From Dermatophilaceae bacterium (GTDB taxonomy: Bacteria > Actinomycetota > Actinomycetes > Actinomycetales > Dermatophilaceae), in NCBI GenBank assembly GCA_046260445.1, contig JBHEPF010000127.1, positions 11,688 to 75,687 on the forward strand: a DNA stretch of 64,000 nt. Direction: 5' to 3'. The translations under genes and the position numbers were made by a program. A model generated the notes under the pieces. The model ran no database searches, had not been told where the DNA came from, and saw only the letters and a program-made list of their open reading frames with translations. Shown piece by piece: positions 35,601-44,756 of the stretch (position 1 is the first letter of the stretch; each line of letters begins with the position of its first letter).

Positions 35601-38600
35601 GCGACACACCGGTCCACTCGGACCGAGCTCGCCTGACCGCCGTCGACGTCGCCCGGGCGCTCGGCCTCGAACACGACCCGACGCCTGAGCAGGCGGCCGT
35701 CATCGAGGCGCCGCTGGAGCCGCTGCTCGTCGTCGCCGGTGCCGGCTCGGGCAAGACCGAGACGATGGCGGCGCGCGTCGTGTGGCTCGTCGCCAACGGG
35801 CTCGCCGATCCGGAGCAGGTGCTGGGCCTGACCTTCACCCGCAAGGCGGCGAGCGAGCTGTCCGCCCGCGTCGAGCGGCGTCTGCGGACGCTGCGGGACG
35901 TCGGGCTCTGGACACCGGAACCAGCACGGGACTCGACCTCCGGAGCAGCAGCCGACGCCTTCGCGGGCCGACCGACGATCTCCACCTACCACTCCTACGC
36001 CGGCTCGATCGTCGCTGACTTCGGCCTGCGGCTCGGGGTCGAGCCCACCGTGCGACTGCTCACCGAGGCCGCGACGTGGCAGCTCGCCTACGAGGCGGCG
36101 GTGCGCTTCGACGGTGACGTGTCCGACTTCGACCTCACCGAGTCCTCACTCACCAACGCCACCCTCAACCTCTCCGGCGAGCTGGCTGAGCACCTCGTCG
36201 ACCTCGGTGCGGTCGAGGACTACTTCCGCGGCTGTGCCCGGACGCTCGCAGGTCTGCCCCTGGGTCCGAAGGCCAGGGTCCTTCCGCCCGACGTGCGCGG
36301 CGCGGTCGCCTCGCTGCGTGCTCGCTGCGTGGCGGTCGACGTCGCCCGACGATACGCCGGGCTCAAGTCGTCGCGGGACGCCATGGACTTCGCCGACCAG
36401 ATGGCGCTCGCCGCCAGGCTGGCGCGCGACTTCCCCGACATCGCGGCGATCGAGCAGGAGCGCTTCCGGATCGTGCTCCTCGATGAGTTCCAGGACACCT
36501 CCCACGCACAGCTCGAGCTGCTCCGGTCGCTCTTCTCGCAGACGGCGGTGACGGCCGTGGGCGACCCCCACCAGTCCATCTACGGATGGCGCGGAGCGAG
36601 CGCGACGACCCTGGCCGCCTTTCAGCAGGCCTTCTCCGACGACGGAGCCGTGGCCCCCGAGCGCACGGTCCGGGCGCTGCCCCTGGCGACGAGCTGGCGC
36701 AACGCTGAGCGCATCCTCACCGTCGCCAACGCGGTCGCCGCGCCCTTGCGTGAGCGACTCACCGTGCCCGTCGCCGAGCTGAGCCCGCGCCCTGGGGCTC
36801 CTCACGGTCGGGTGTTCGTCGCCCGCCACGAGACCGACCAGGGGGAGGCCGCCGCCCTCGCGCAGTGGCTGGGAGACCGGGGAGCGGGTGGTTCGGGGGT
36901 GTCGGCGGCGGTCCTGTGTCGCAAGCGGCGCCAGTTCCGCCCCGTGATGGAGGCGCTCGAGGCGCGAGGCATCCCCTTCGAGGTCGTCGGGCTGGGCGGG
37001 CTGCTCCTCACCCCCGAGGTCGAGGACGTCGTCGCGCTGCTCAACGTCGTCCACGACCCCACGAGGGGGGACCACCTCATGCGGCTCCTTCTCGGTCCGC
37101 TGGTTCGTCTCGGCGCCGCCGACCTCGACGGCCTCTGGGCCTATGCGCGACACCGCCAACGCGAGACCGCGGCTGTACGCCCGGCGAGGGTGCGCGACCA
37201 GGCCCGCGAGGCAGCCGAGACCGCCACACTGGTCGAGGCCGTCGAGGACCTTCCCGCTCCCGGCTGGCAGGGTCCGCGGGGTGAGTCGATCTCCGCGCTC
37301 GCCCTGGAGCGGCTGGCAGCACTCGCCGAGATCGTCCGGTTGGTGCGCCGAGAGACGGCACTGCCGCTGCCGGATCTCGTCAATGCCGCGGAGCGGGCGC
37401 TCGGCCTCGACGTCGAGGTCGCCGCCCGGCCCGGCTACTACCTCTCCGCTGCGCGAGCCCACCTCGATGCCTTCGTCGACATCGCCGCGGAGTTCTCCGC
37501 GAGCGCCGACCGGGTCACCCTCGGCGCGTTCCTCGCCTGGCTGGATGCCGCAGAGGAGCATGAGCGGGGACTCGAGACGCGTGCTGCGGACAGCGCGAGC
37601 GGGCCGGTCGCGATCATGACGGTCCATGCGGCCAAGGGCCTGGAGTGGGATCTCGTGGCCGTCCCCGGACTGGTCGAGGCGACCTTCCCGACCCACAACA
37701 GCACGACGTCCTCGGCCAAGACCGGTCGGTGGACGATCGGTCCGCAGACCGGCAAGGGATGGCTCGGGTCGGTCACCGGGGCCGGCATACCCCATGCGTT
37801 GCGCGGGGACCGCGCCGCGCTGCCGGATCTGGACTGGAGGAACCTGGCCGACACCGGCGAGGCGAGGACGGCCCTGGCTCATTACACGGAGCAGATGGGG
37901 GAGCATGCGATGGACGAGGAGCGCCGGCTCGCCTACGTCGCGGTCACGCGGGCCCGGGACCAGCTCCTCCTCAGCTGCTCGGTGTGGGGTCCGCAGAAGA
38001 CCCCGCGCGTCACCTCGCGGTTTCTCGTGGACGCCCTCGCGGGAGCAGGGCTCCTCGACATCGCCCCCGAGGAGCGCGTCGCGCACCTCGACGATGCCCG
38101 GCTCGCACTGGGGCGGGACGAGACGGTCACCGTCCTCACCTGGGCGCCGATGCCGCCCGTCCTGGACCCGGTGCGCCCGGAGTCCACCATCGAGCGTGCC
38201 ACGCTCTGGCCGGTGATCACCGACGCCGCCGATGGTCGCGACGAGGTGCGGGAGCGGGCTGCGGAGGCGATCTCCGCCGCTGTCCGGGTCGGAGGGTGGG
38301 GTGAGATCGATCCCCAGGACCCGATCCGGTCGCTGGTGGAGCGCATCCTCGCCCAGGAGGGTCTGCAGGCTCGACCGGTCGATGCGGTCCCTGCGCTCGA
38401 GTCGATCTCGGCCTCCAACGTCGTCGCCGCCGCTCGCTCGCCGAGAGCCTTCGCGGCGGGTCTGCGCCGGCCCATGCCGGGGCCGCCGAACCCCGCCGCT
38501 CGACGTGGCACGCGCTTCCACGCCTTCGTCGAGCAGCACTACGGCAGCGCGGCGATGCTCGACTGGGACGAGCTGCCGGGCAGCGCCGACGCGGACGCTC

Positions 38601-39007
38601 AGCGGGAGGAGGAGCAGGATCTGGCCGTCATGAAGGCGCACTTCCTCCAGAGCGAGTGGGCCGAGATGAGGCCGCTCGCTCTGGAGACCGACGTGGAGAC
38701 CGTCCTGCCCACGGCGCACGGGCCGGTCTCCGTCCGGGGTCGCATCGACGCGGTGTTCACCCGGGAGGACGGCGGTGTGACCATCATCGACTGGAAGTCG
38801 GGGGCTCCCGGCTCCCCGGACGACCTCGCCGCCCGTGCCATCCAGCTCGGGGTGTACGCGCTCGCGTGGGAGCGCATCCATGACCTCGCACCGGGGTCGG
38901 TCGGTGTCGCGTTCTACTTCGCAGCGACGGGGGAGACCGTCTGGCCCGATGCGCCCTCAGAGGCGGACGTCGTCGCCGTGCTCGACGCCGTCGGCATCGT
39001 CAGCTGA
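35597..39007 (+). CDS. adnB: helicase-nuclease subunit AdnB
   Basis: Track ORF 34754..39007. The ATG at 35597 gives MSDTPVHSD..., followed by VVAGAGSGKTETMA, the LLDEFQDTS box, and the C-terminal nuclease motif RGRIDAVFTRE...IIDWKSG. Confidence 0.85.
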   Translation: MSDTPVHSDRARLTAVDVARALGLEHDPTPEQAAVIEAPLEPLLVVAGAGSGKTETMAARVVWLVANGLADPEQVLGLTFTRKAASELSARVERRLRTLRDVGLWTPEPARDSTSGAAADAFAGRPTISTYHSYAGSIVADFGLRLGVEPTVRLLTEAATWQLAYEAAVRFDGDVSDFDLTESSLTNATLNLSGELAEHLVDLGAVEDYFRGCARTLAGLPLGPKARVLPPDVRGAVASLRARCVAVDVARRYAGLKSSRDAMDFADQMALAARLARDFPDIAAIEQERFRIVLLDEFQDTSHAQLELLRSLFSQTAVTAVGDPHQSIYGWRGASATTLAAFQQAFSDDGAVAPERTVRALPLATSWRNAERILTVANAVAAPLRERLTVPVAELSPRPGAPHGRVFVARHETDQGEAAALAQWLGDRGAGGSGVSAAVLCRKRRQFRPVMEALEARGIPFEVVGLGGLLLTPEVEDVVALLNVVHDPTRGDHLMRLLLGPLVRLGAADLDGLWAYARHRQRETAAVRPARVRDQAREAAETATLVEAVEDLPAPGWQGPRGESISALALERLAALAEIVRLVRRETALPLPDLVNAAERALGLDVEVAARPGYYLSAARAHLDAFVDIAAEFSASADRVTLGAFLAWLDAAEEHERGLETRAADSASGPVAIMTVHAAKGLEWDLVAVPGLVEATFPTHNSTTSSAKTGRWTIGPQTGKGWLGSVTGAGIPHALRGDRAALPDLDWRNLADTGEARTALAHYTEQMGEHAMDEERRLAYVAVTRARDQLLLSCSVWGPQKTPRVTSRFLVDALAGAGLLDIAPEERVAHLDDARLALGRDETVTVLTWAPMPPVLDPVRPESTIERATLWPVITDAADGRDEVRERAAEAISAAVRVGGWGEIDPQDPIRSLVERILAQEGLQARPVDAVPALESISASNVVAAARSPRAFAAGLRRPMPGPPNPAARRGTRFHAFVEQHYGSAAMLDWDELPGSADADAQREEEQDLAVMKAHFLQSEWAEMRPLALETDVETVLPTAHGPVSVRGRIDAVFTREDGGVTIIDWKSGAPGSPDDLAARAIQLGVYALAWERIHDLAPGSVGVAFYFAATGETVWPDAPSEADVVAVLDAVGIVS

Positions 39008-40384
39008 GTCCGGAGCGGGAGCCGGGTCTGGATCGGGAACCGAGTCGGGTCCGGTTCCGCTCCCGTCGGTCGTGGAGTCCGCCTCGTCGACGTCCGCGTC
39101 GGGTTGCTCCGGCTGGGTTGTCCGGGAGTCCCCCTCGTCCGAGAAGCCTGTGACGGCCTCGGCTGGCATCGCGATCACGTCGATGACGTCCGTCGCGTCG
39201 CCGTCGGGTGAGGTGGGTTCGCTCTGGGCCGCGTTCGGATCACCGGACCCGGTCCTCTCATCGGTCACCTCAGCGGCCATACCCACAGCCGTCGGATGCG
39301 GCCTCGCCCACGACCCGGACCTCCCGGCCGGCTCCGGACTCTCGGCCGCAACCGGAGGTGCAGCCCGGAAGGACACGGGTGGCGCGGGGACGATCCGGAG
39401 TCGCCGGGCGTGCACCTCGCTGTGCACGGTGTCGTCGAGGCGGCGCAGCCGCGCAGTCGTCGCCTCGGTCGCGACCTCGTCCCTCGCGCCGACGGCCCGC
39501 AGCAGCGTCGCGAGCAGAGCGAGCTCGCTCACCAGCCGGGCCCGGGCGAGGATGTGCTCGTCGGGTCGCTCGACCCGCACGTGGGCGTACGCCCTGTGCA
39601 CCGCATGCACGACCTCGGGCCTGGCGTCGGTGACGAGCGCGGCGAAGTCGTCAGCGGGATCGGCGACCTTGGCCGCCTCCCAACCGGTGACGCCGCGGAT
39701 CGTCGCCCGCGTGGCGTCCGCCCGGTCGGGGAAGGTGACGAGGACGTCGGAGCCGGAGAGCGCGCCGTGGATCGGGGTCGGGGCGAAGCGCCACAGCCGC
39801 ACGTCGTCGAGGGCCTCCTCCCATCGGGCGAGGAGCCCGGAGGGGACCCGTCCCGTCGCCGCACCACGGTCGATCTCGGCGAGGTGGCGCTTGCGGTAGC
39901 TCTCCGCGTCGTAGGAAGCGAGACCGGCCTCGTCGTAGAGCGCCCGGTCGACGTTGTGGATCATGGCGATGGTGCGGCCGAGCTCGGCGGTCACGGGGTG
40001 ACCTGGTTGTAGCGCGGCGAGGTCGAGAGGGTGTCCGGGAATGTAGCTGTGGACGGCAGCGCGCCCGATCTTCGGGATCGGCGCGAACCCCTTGGGTGCG
40101 GGGACAGCGAACGGCACCCTGCGCACGAGCAGCGCGAGCATGGCGAGGCTGGCGTCCATATGCGCAGCCGCGACCTCGGTGCGCGGGGCGCGAATGACCC
40201 ATCGCCGCTGTTGGGTGTCCTGGATGAACGCCACGTCGAAGTGCTCGTCCGCGCCTCCCATGACCTCCTGGACCGCCATCGGGTCGAGGCCGGGCACAGC
40301 AGCGCTTGCGAGCGCGGCAAGTCGAAGCGAACGATCCACGAGCCCACCGTATGCGGTGCTCGCCACAGATCCGGTGAGGGACAC
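38957..40384 (-). CDS. aminoglycoside-phosphotransferase-fold protein, probably catalytically inactive, with a ~150-aa acidic disordered C-terminal tail
   Basis: 475-aa ORF with APH-like landmarks (WVIRAPR, IHGALSGSDVLV, GVTGWEAAKVADPADDFA). The tail is rich in D/E/P/T/S. The 3' end overlaps the adnB 3' end by 51 nt (convergent). Confidence 0.6.
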   Translation of the reverse strand: MSLTGSVASTAYGGLVDRSLRLAALASAAVPGLDPMAVQEVMGGADEHFDVAFIQDTQQRRWVIRAPRTEVAAAHMDASLAMLALLVRRVPFAVPAPKGFAPIPKIGRAAVHSYIPGHPLDLAALQPGHPVTAELGRTIAMIHNVDRALYDEAGLASYDAESYRKRHLAEIDRGAATGRVPSGLLARWEEALDDVRLWRFAPTPIHGALSGSDVLVTFPDRADATRATIRGVTGWEAAKVADPADDFAALVTDARPEVVHAVHRAYAHVRVERPDEHILARARLVSELALLATLLRAVGARDEVATEATTARLRRLDDTVHSEVHARRLRIVPAPPVSFRAAPPVAAESPEPAGRSGSWARPHPTAVGMAAEVTDERTGSGDPNAAQSEPTSPDGDATDVIDVIAMPAEAVTGFSDEGDSRTTQPEQPDADVDEADSTTDGSGTGPDSVPDPDPAPAPDSADDADGVEHGDDVRL

Positions 40385-40434
40385 ACGGTGCAGGGCAGCG
40401 GGACCACGATGCGCAGGTCACTACGCTGCTCGGT

Positions 40435-41349
40435 GTGAGCCGACTCCCCGAGGTGGTCTTCGCGGGCGGTGCCATCGACCGGGCCGCTTACCGCCGCACC
40501 GATCCTGCTCTGCTCACCTCGCTCATCGCCGATCCCACGACGCGCGTCATCGACATGTCGGGGGAGGGTTTCGTCGTCGGTGACGACGGCTCGTTCGCGC
40601 TGCGCCCCCCGGGCCCGGCCGACCACGAGGCCGAGCTGGTCGTGTTCCTCGGGGAGGGCATGATCCAGGGAGAGGTGCGTACGGCATACCTCCTCGTCGT
40701 GCCTCGAGAGCTGGAGGCGACCCGCCCGACAGTGGGGCTGCCGCACCTGGCGGGCGGCCTCGACGCGGACACGGCATCTCTCGTCGTCACCTCTCTCGGC
40801 CTGGTCAACTGGCACCGCACCCACCCACGGTGCAGCCGCTGCGGTGCCCCGACCGAGCCCGACCTCGCAGGCTGGATCCGTCGGTGCCCTCAGGACGGCA
40901 GCGACCACTACCCGCGCACCGACATCGCGGTCATCATGGCCGTGACGGACCCCGAGGACCGGCTGCTCCTCGGCCGGGCACCGAGCTGGCCGCAGGGGCG
41001 GATGTCGATCCTCGCCGGCTTCGTCGAGCCGGGGGAGACCCTCGAGCAGGCGGTTGCCCGCGAGGTCCGCGAGGAGGTGGGGATCGACGTGCAGGACGTG
41101 GAGTACGTCGCCGACCAGCCGTGGCCCTTCCCGTCCTCGCTCATGGTGGGCTTCACGGCTCGGGCGGTGCAGACCGACCTCGTGCTCGACCCGGTCGAGA
41201 TCGCCGAGGCGCGCTGGGTCGACCGCGGTGACGTCCCGGGTCTCATCGCGCGGGGCCAGTACCGCCCGAGCCCGGGGTTCTCGATCTCGCGGGCCCTCGT
41301 CGAGGACTGGTTCGGCGGTCCGCTTCCTAGCGTCCCAAACGGGCCATGA
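40435..41349 (+). CDS. nudC: NADH pyrophosphatase (Nudix)
   Basis: 304 aa, GTG start. It has the zinc ribbon CSRCGAPT...CPQDG and the Nudix box GFVEPGETLEQAVAREVREEVGI. It occupies the Rv3199c-equivalent position. Confidence 0.8.
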   Translation: MSRLPEVVFAGGAIDRAAYRRTDPALLTSLIADPTTRVIDMSGEGFVVGDDGSFALRPPGPADHEAELVVFLGEGMIQGEVRTAYLLVVPRELEATRPTVGLPHLAGGLDADTASLVVTSLGLVNWHRTHPRCSRCGAPTEPDLAGWIRRCPQDGSDHYPRTDIAVIMAVTDPEDRLLLGRAPSWPQGRMSILAGFVEPGETLEQAVAREVREEVGIDVQDVEYVADQPWPFPSSLMVGFTARAVQTDLVLDPVEIAEARWVDRGDVPGLIARGQYRPSPGFSISRALVEDWFGGPLPSVPNGP

Positions 41350-41599
41350 CCTCGTAGGACGAGGGGTTCGTCGCGGTCGAGCCGTCCGGGAAGACCACGG
41401 TGGGAACGGTCCGGTTGCCGTCATTGACCGTCATCACGACCTCTGCCGCGTCCGGGGTCCCGTCGATGTCCACCTCGGTGTAGTCGACCTGGTCGCGGTC
41501 GAGCTGGTGCTTGAGCCTGCGGCAGAAGCCACACCACGACGTGGTGAGAAGGGTGACAGTGCCGCCTGCCGGCGTGAACTGCTCGGTCGAGGTCGTCAT
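41327..41599 (-). CDS. mycoredoxin/glutaredoxin-like protein
   Basis: Track ORF 41327..41638. The ATG at 41599 gives MTTSTEQFTPAGGTVTLLTTSWCGFCRRLK (CxxC active site). It occupies the Rv3198A-equivalent position, divergent from uvrD2. Confidence 0.75.
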   Translation of the reverse strand: MTTSTEQFTPAGGTVTLLTTSWCGFCRRLKHQLDRDQVDYTEVDIDGTPDAAEVVMTVNDGNRTVPTVVFPDGSTATNPSSYEVMARLGR

Positions 41600-41676
41600 G
41601 GCGGTGACCCTAATGCACCGTGCCGGGCTGCGACCCATCGGTCGCTGTCGGACCCGGGTGAGAGACTGACGTCGTC

Positions 41677-43782
41677 ATGGCCGCCCCCGTCCCTCCCCCC
41701 GATCCCGACGCGATCCTCGCTGCCCTGGACCCCGAACAGCGGGCCGTCGCGTCTGATCCGCGGGGGCCCATGTGCGTCCTCGCCGGGGCCGGCACCGGCA
41801 AGACCCGGGCCATCACCCACCGCATCGCGTACGCGGTGCACGCCGGTATCTTCGCTCCCACCCAGATGCTCGCGGTCACCTTCACCGCCCGGGCCGCCGG
41901 CGAGATGCGCACCCGGTTGCGGGTGCTCGGCGTCGACGGGGCGCAGGCGCGCACGTTCCACGCTGCGGCCCTGCGCCAGCTGCACTACTTCTGGCCGCAG
42001 GCCGTCGGCGGGGGCGCGCCGCAGGTCGTGAAGCACAAGGCTCCCCTCGTGGCGGAGGCGCTCGGCCGGCTAAGGATCGATGTCGATCGTGCGGTCATCC
42101 GCGACGTCGCCGCCGAGATCGAGTGGGCCAAGGTCTCGATGCTCACCGCAGAGGCCTACGCCGCGGCCGCCCGGGCGGCTCGACGCGAGGCGCCGGGGAT
42201 GGACCTGTCGGCGATGGCCAAGGTGATCGACGCCTACGAGGCGTGCAAGAGCGACCGAAGCGTCATCGACTTCGAGGACGTCCTGCTCCTCACCGTCGGC
42301 ATCCTCGAGGACCGGGACGACATCGCGGCCGCTGTCCGTCGTCAGTACCGCGCCTTCGTCGTCGACGAGTACCAGGACGTGAGTGCCCTCCAGCAGCGTC
42401 TGCTCGACGCGTGGGCAGGCGGCCGTGACGACATCTGTGTCGTGGGCGACCCGTCCCAGACGATCTACTCCTTCACCGGCGCGAGCGACCGGTTCCTCCT
42501 CGGGTTCGCCGGTCGCCATCCAGGTGCCCGGACCGTCGAGCTCGTGCGCAACTATCGCTCGACTCCGGAGATCCTCGCCGTCGCGAACGGCGTCATCGCG
42601 GGGCCGACCGCGCGCCAGCACCGACCGCTGCGTCTGGTCGCCCAACGGCCGGCCGGGGCGCGGCCCACGATCCGGGAGCACGCTGACGAGGCGGCCGAGG
42701 CGGACGCCACGGCGACGGCCATCCGGGCCCGTCTCGACGACGGCGCGCCCGCGTCCGAGATCGCGGTCCTGGTCCGCACCAACGGGCAGACCGAGGCGCT
42801 CGAGGCCGCCCTGGCCGACGCGGGGGTGCCCTACCTCGTGCGCGGTGGGGAGCGCTTCTTCAGCCGGGCGGAGGTGCGTCAGGCGCTGCTCCTCCTGCGC
42901 GGGGCGGCGCGCACCGACGACGGTGCGGTGCCGCTGCCCGAGCTCGTCGCAGCGGTCCTCGGCGGCGCAGGGTGGAGCGCTGAGGCGCCAGGGGTGCGCG
43001 GGGCAGCGCGGGAGCGCTGGGAGAGTCTGGGTGCGCTCGTCAGCCTCGCCGAGGAGACCGCAGCGCACCGACCCGCGGCCCGTCTCGCCGAGTTCGTCGC
43101 CGACCTGGACGAGCGGTCAGCGGCCCAGCATGCCCCGTCGGCCGCCGGGGTGACCCTGGCGTCCCTCCACGCGGCCAAGGGCCTGGAGTGGGATCACGTC
43201 CACCTCGTGGGCTGCAGCGAGGGCTTGCTCCCGATCAGCCTCGCAGACACCCCGGCGGCGGTCGACGAGGAGCGCCGGCTGCTCTACGTCGGCATCACCC
43301 GGGCTCGCGAGAGTCTCTCCATGTCGTATGCGCTCGGCCGCACCCCCTCACGTGGCGGGCGGCGCCTGTCCCGCTTCCTCCTCGGTCTCGGCGACGCCGT
43401 CGATGCCCCGGACAGCACGCCTCGGACCCCACCGCCGGGTCCTTCCCGGCGCCGGAAGCGCAAGGCGAGCCGTCCCGTCCCCCCGTGCTCGACCTGCGGG
43501 GCGACCCTGGACACGGCTGCGGCCCGGACGCTCGGCCGGTGCGAGGCCTGTCCCTCGTCCGCCGATCCCCAGCTGGTCGCCGCCCTGCGCGAGTGGCGCT
43601 CGGCCCGCGCGACGCGCGACAAGGTCCCGGCCTATGTGGTCCTCACCGACGTCACCCTCCTCGCTCTCGCCGAGCGACGACCCGGCAGCCCCGAGGCTCT
43701 CCTGGAGATCCCGGGCATCGCCGAGCGCAAGGTGGAGTCCTACGGCGAGGACCTGCTCGCCGTGCTGTCCTCGTCCCATTGA
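41677..43782 (+). CDS. uvrD2: ATP-dependent DNA helicase UvrD2 (UvrD core, tetracysteine module, HRDC domain)
   Basis: 701 aa with LAGAGTGKT, VVDEYQDVS, the cysteine module CSTCG...CEAC, and a C-terminal HRDC-like region LREWRSARATRDKVPAYVVLTDVTLLALAE. Confidence 0.85.
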   Translation: MAAPVPPPDPDAILAALDPEQRAVASDPRGPMCVLAGAGTGKTRAITHRIAYAVHAGIFAPTQMLAVTFTARAAGEMRTRLRVLGVDGAQARTFHAAALRQLHYFWPQAVGGGAPQVVKHKAPLVAEALGRLRIDVDRAVIRDVAAEIEWAKVSMLTAEAYAAAARAARREAPGMDLSAMAKVIDAYEACKSDRSVIDFEDVLLLTVGILEDRDDIAAAVRRQYRAFVVDEYQDVSALQQRLLDAWAGGRDDICVVGDPSQTIYSFTGASDRFLLGFAGRHPGARTVELVRNYRSTPEILAVANGVIAGPTARQHRPLRLVAQRPAGARPTIREHADEAAEADATATAIRARLDDGAPASEIAVLVRTNGQTEALEAALADAGVPYLVRGGERFFSRAEVRQALLLLRGAARTDDGAVPLPELVAAVLGGAGWSAEAPGVRGAARERWESLGALVSLAEETAAHRPAARLAEFVADLDERSAAQHAPSAAGVTLASLHAAKGLEWDHVHLVGCSEGLLPISLADTPAAVDEERRLLYVGITRARESLSMSYALGRTPSRGGRRLSRFLLGLGDAVDAPDSTPRTPPPGPSRRRKRKASRPVPPCSTCGATLDTAAARTLGRCEACPSSADPQLVAALREWRSARATRDKVPAYVVLTDVTLLALAERRPGSPEALLEIPGIAERKVESYGEDLLAVLSSSH

Positions 43783-43848
43783 CACCCCTCCGGAATGCCG
43801 CCCCACCCTCCGTTCGGCTCATCCTGCGGGTGCTCGTCGACAATTCCG

Positions 43849-43878
43849 TTGCGCCCTGCGCGCCCCTGCCTCTACTCT
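43849..43878 (+). promoter_or_regulatory. candidate whiB7 promoter (-35 TTGCGC, 18-nt spacer, -10 TACTCT) preceded by a short AATT element
   Basis: Found by eye: TTGCGC at 43849-43854, TACTCT at 43873-43878 and AATT at 43842-43845. The match to consensus is weak, and the call rests on position only. Confidence 0.25.
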
Positions 43879-43970
43879 GGCCAGACGTGCCCTCCGGGGG
43901 ACGCCGACCACAGCCTGACGACAGCGTCATGGCCAAGAGGACGCCAGGCTACGAGCGAGAGGAGGCCCCG

Positions 43971-44186
43971 GTGAAGATGACGATGACGACCCAGACCGGT
44001 GCCTTCGCCGTGCCCGCGCGCGTCCTCGACGACGCCGCCGGCTACCGCGACCGTGGCACCACCGGGCTTCGCGCGACCGCTTTCGGATCCACCCCGGTCC
44101 CGAGCGCCTCGCGCATCGCGTCCGCCTGGACCACCGTCGATGTCCCGACCTTTATGGCTGTCCGCCATGGAGGTGCACACGGATAA
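43971..44186 (+). CDS. candidate whiB7 leader peptide (upstream ORF)
   Basis: The frame stays open to TAA at 44184-44186. The GTG at 43971 has GGAGG 5 nt upstream; alternative starts are ATG 43929 or 43977. The stop lies ~30 nt before the attenuator hairpin. No homology is claimed. Confidence 0.35.
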   Translation: MKMTMTTQTGAFAVPARVLDDAAGYRDRGTTGLRATAFGSTPVPSASRIASAWTTVDVPTFMAVRHGGAHG

Positions 44187-44215
44187 CGATCCGTATCGCA
44201 CCCAGACCTCTTCAG

Positions 44216-44256
44216 AGGCCGCGGACCCAGCCGGGGATCCGCGGCCTTTTGCGTTG
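44216..44256 (+). terminator. intrinsic terminator/attenuator hairpin inside the whiB7 5' leader
   Basis: GGCCGCGGA (44217-44225) pairs with TCCGCGGCC (44238-44246) across a 12-nt loop, followed by TTTTGCGTTG. It lies 170 nt upstream of the whiB7 start. Confidence 0.5.
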
Positions 44257-44424
44257 TCCCCACCCTTTCGTCCACTCCCAGCCCAGACCCCGAGCCAAGA
44301 CCAGCCAAGACCCATGGCGACCCCGGAGCCCACGATGACCCTCCTCGACCCGAGCAGACACCCACCGCTCACCCGACCACCGCATACCCCCTCACCCGAG
44401 ACCCCAGATCAGGAGGTGCCCGAG

Positions 44425-44745
44425 ATGACCCTCGCCGCACTGCTTGACGCCGGGACCCTCGGCGCGGCCACCGGCGACGAGATCCCCTGCCAGCAGGAGG
44501 ACCCGGAGCTCTGGTTCGCCGAGACGCCCGACGACGTCGAGTTCGCCAAGGCCCTGTGCGGGACCTGCCCCGTGCAGCGGGCCTGCCTCGACGGAGCCCG
44601 CCAGCGGCGAGAGCCGTGGGGCGTCTGGGGCGGCCAGCTCTTCATCGCCGGTGTCGTCGTCCCCCGCAAGCGACCGAGGGGCCGGCCCCGCAAGGACGCC
44701 GCGACGCTGGAGTCCGCGGGTGTTCTGGAGTCGAGCACGTCATAG
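44425..44745 (+). CDS. whiB7: WhiB-family redox-sensing transcription factor WhiB7 (with a C-terminal AT-hook)
   Basis: Track ORF 43999..44745. The ATG at 44425 has AGGAGG 8 nt upstream. The four Cys are arranged C-x22-C-x2-C-x5-C (CQQED...CGTCPVQRAC). It has the GVWGG turn and the AT-hook RPRGRPRK that distinguishes WhiB7. Confidence 0.85.
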   Translation: MTLAALLDAGTLGAATGDEIPCQQEDPELWFAETPDDVEFAKALCGTCPVQRACLDGARQRREPWGVWGGQLFIAGVVVPRKRPRGRPRKDAATLESAGVLESSTS

Positions 44746-44756
44746 GCTGAACAGTC

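Noticed and set aside
36146-38881. 911-aa minus-strand ORF inside adnB
   Set aside because: It is antisense to a gene carrying Walker A, the DExx box and nuclease motifs. The composition is dominated by R, G, D, P and E, with no domain recognised.
43999-44424. 142-codon N-terminal extension of the whiB7 frame
   Set aside because: It is proline-rich and non-WhiB-like, and it spans the attenuator hairpin. The ATG at 44425 has a perfect AGGAGG and gives a normal-length WhiB7.
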